DNA from: Octopus sinensis
Taxonomy: Eukaryota
Length of the DNA stretch: 24,147 nt
Reading direction: 5' to 3'
Assembly (NCBI RefSeq): GCF_006345805.1
Contig: NW_021824236.1
Location: 1 to 24,147, forward strand
Program-made: the position numbers and the translations under genes
The notes under the pieces: model-generated
The model's database searches: none
What the model was told of the DNA's origin: nothing
What the model saw: the letters and a program-made list of their open reading frames with translations, nothing else
Shown here: piece by piece, positions 21,585-24,147 of the stretch
Layout of the letters: each line of letters opens with the position of its first letter
How positions within the stretch are numbered: position 1 is the stretch's first letter

Positions 21585-21909
21585 AATAATATATAATAAT
21601 AATAATATAATAATAATAATAATTATTATTAGTATTATTATAATATTATTATTATTATGATTCTATTATTAATTATTATTATTATTATTATGTATTATTA
21701 TTATCATTATTATTATTATTAATATTATTATTATTAATTCTCGTTTATTGGCCACGATGGCCACAAAAATCAAATAAATATGTAAGGAAAAAATACAGAA
21801 CGAAATTTACAAACTAATAATAATAATAATATTACGTACTATTGAAATGTTTACATACATATATATGTACACACACGTATATCTATATATATATATATAT
21901 ATTATATAG

Positions 21910-21941
<32 letters not shown>

Positions 21942-22440
21942 TGTGTGTGTGTGTATGTGTGTGTGTATATATATATATACATGTATATGTATACGCACGC
22001 ACATATAAGAGTCAGACATTCGGCTACAGCAAATTATAATGTACGGTAGATGATAGTAGAAGAAACAACGGGATAACGAGCATCTAGATAAAAGAGTCGA
22101 TTATTCATAACATGGCATGAGATTCCAATTGCACAAAAGAATAGAAATGCTCGATGCAATTTGGGAAATTACTTTTGTTTTAAGCTAATCGCCAGAAAAG
22201 ACGGCGAAATGCTGAATTGATTTCGGATATTGAACAGAGTAAAATATAGAACCAACGACAGTCGGAGATAGTGTAGATGAAAGTATCAAATTAAGAGGAC
22301 CCACCGATAAATAACTGAACTGATCCTATGTTTTGAAGAAGAACACTGACATGAGCTGGACGGAGTCTTTGCTGGGTCAACTGACTATTTCCGCGTTTGT
22401 GAATTGTGGGTTCAATTGACACCGGTTTCTTGTTTTTCTT

Positions 22441-22484
<44 letters not shown>

Positions 22485-22759
22485 ATGAATGTTGACTTAT
22501 ACCAATAGTATCCAATCCTATCTGTCTCATAATTACTTCCATTTATTTGGCTTCAATTATCTTTTGTCGTTCTTCTTTTTTATGCCAATTGCCATCTGTC
22601 ATTTTTTTACTTATTTATATATTGATGAGATATTACTATCCGAAACGTCATGACGCTTTTCCGTCTTTTTAAGTTTTAAACTAATATGTATGTATGCATG
22701 TCATTATTCAGTTTATTTTCAGATTTCTTGCCAATAGAGAAAGATCTGCTTTCCAACCC

Positions 22760-23130
22760 TAAGTATGTATGTAAGTACGTACGTATGTTTGTATGTATGC
22801 ATGTACGCACGTACGTAAGTATGTAGGTATACATGCATGCATGTATGTATGTACGAATGTATGTATGTATGTATTTTGTATGTATGGACGTATGTACGCA
22901 TGTATGTATGTATATATGCATGTATGTATGTATTATGTATGTATCTATGCATGTATGTACGTATGTACATACGGATGTATGTATGTATGCATGTATGTAT
23001 GTGTGCATGGATGTAGGTACGTATGTATGTATATATGTATGCATGTATGTACGTATGTATGTATATATGTATGTATGTATGTACATATGTATGCATGTCA
23101 TGTATGTACGTATGTATGCATATATGTATT
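22760..23130. repeat. Degenerate (TATG)n microsatellite
   Basis: Visible directly. Confidence 0.9.
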
Positions 23131-23448
23131 GAGGAGAATGGCTTAGTGATTGGAGTATTCGGTTCACGATCATAAGGTGGTGGGTTCGGTTCATAGCGGC
23201 GTGTCGTTCCTTGTGCAAGGCTTTTATTTCATGTTGCCTCAGTTCACTCAGCTGTTAAGAATGTCGTACCAGTAATCCAAAGGGGACCAGCCTTGTCACT
23301 TCTTTGTTGCGCTGAATGTCCCTGAAAACTATGCTGAGGGTGCTCCTATCTGTGGAGTACTCAGCCATTTGCACGTTAGTTTCATAAGCATGAAGTTCCG
23401 TTGATCGGATCAACTGAAACTCCCATTGTCGTATCCGATGGAGTGCCA
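23131..23448 (+). mobile_element. Older tRNA-head SINE (head B + tail Y)
   Basis: TGGCTTAGTGAT A-box-like and GGTTCGGTTC B-box-like motifs; tail shared with the 4120-4478 element. Confidence 0.65.
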
Positions 23449-23504
23449 GATATATGTGTGTGCGTGTGCGTGTGTGTATGTGAGTGTGTGTGTGTGTGCG
23501 CGTG

Positions 23505-23700
23505 AGTTTCCACCATCGCTTGACAACCGACGTCGGTGTGTTTACGTCGCCGTAACCTAGCGGATTCACAATATAGCCCGAAAAATAGAATAAGTACTAG
23601 GCTTACAAAGAATAAGTCCTGGGGCCGAGTTCTTCGACCAAAGGCGGTGCTCCAGCATGGCTGCAGTCACATGACTGAAAGAAGTAAATGGAATACAAGA
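23505..23700 (+). mobile_element. 3' half of the 12889-type SINE
   Basis: ccaccatcgcttgacaaccga…atagaataagtactaggcttacaaagaataagtcctgggg…aaggcggtgctccagcatgg. Confidence 0.7.
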
Positions 23701-24147
23701 ATATATATTATTTATGCGTCCAAACTTGGCACGGTTTATTTGGTAAAGGTGTTCATATTAACATTTCTGTTCCTTTATGCGGCTATAATTTCGTAAATGC
23801 CTGACTCAAATATTTACTGGATGAACATTTCCGACTGAACTCTCGAAAGAATTGCTCCAGCATGGACGTTGTCAACATGCTATGACGTGAGGAACAAAGA
23901 GAAATCGATGAACGAAAAATAATTGAGAATAACCAATTGAATGAAAGGCAAAATCGATCTCACCAGTCCTTGAGCTCAAAACGTAAAGATGGGCGAAAGG
24001 CCGCTATGCATTTCGTCCGGTCTACTAACTATTCTTGCCGCTATCTAAATACCAACAATACTAATAATCCTTTCTGCTATAGGCATAAAGCCTGACATTT
24101 GGGGTGAAGGGGTAAGTCAATGACATCGGCCCCGAACGATGATGACA

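Overview
Eukaryotic, AT-rich, microsatellite-saturated non-coding DNA. The tRNA-head SINE families and repeat style suggest an octopus/coleoid cephalopod (inference, no search run). I find no credible host protein-coding gene; most listed ORFs are translations of simple repeats. Real coding remnants are all retroelements: a Penelope-like element (RT + GIY-YIG, minus strand, with an inverted pseudo-LTR), a 5'-truncated R4/Dong-type RLE non-LTR element plus a second 3' fragment, and an L1/Tx1-like zinc-knuckle fragment. There is also a non-autonomous Helitron and several modular SINEs. Two signals stand out. (1) Minimal type-I hammerhead ribozyme folds with non-canonical cores sit in Penelope-type repeats: a U3-A8 compensatory swap (2 copies) and an A6U core with one extra nucleotide (2 copies). 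(2) A ~560-nt non-coding element occurs as five co-oriented, variably 5'-truncated copies, all inserted in (AAT)n arrays, two of them next to (AAT)n-tailed R4/Dong elements.
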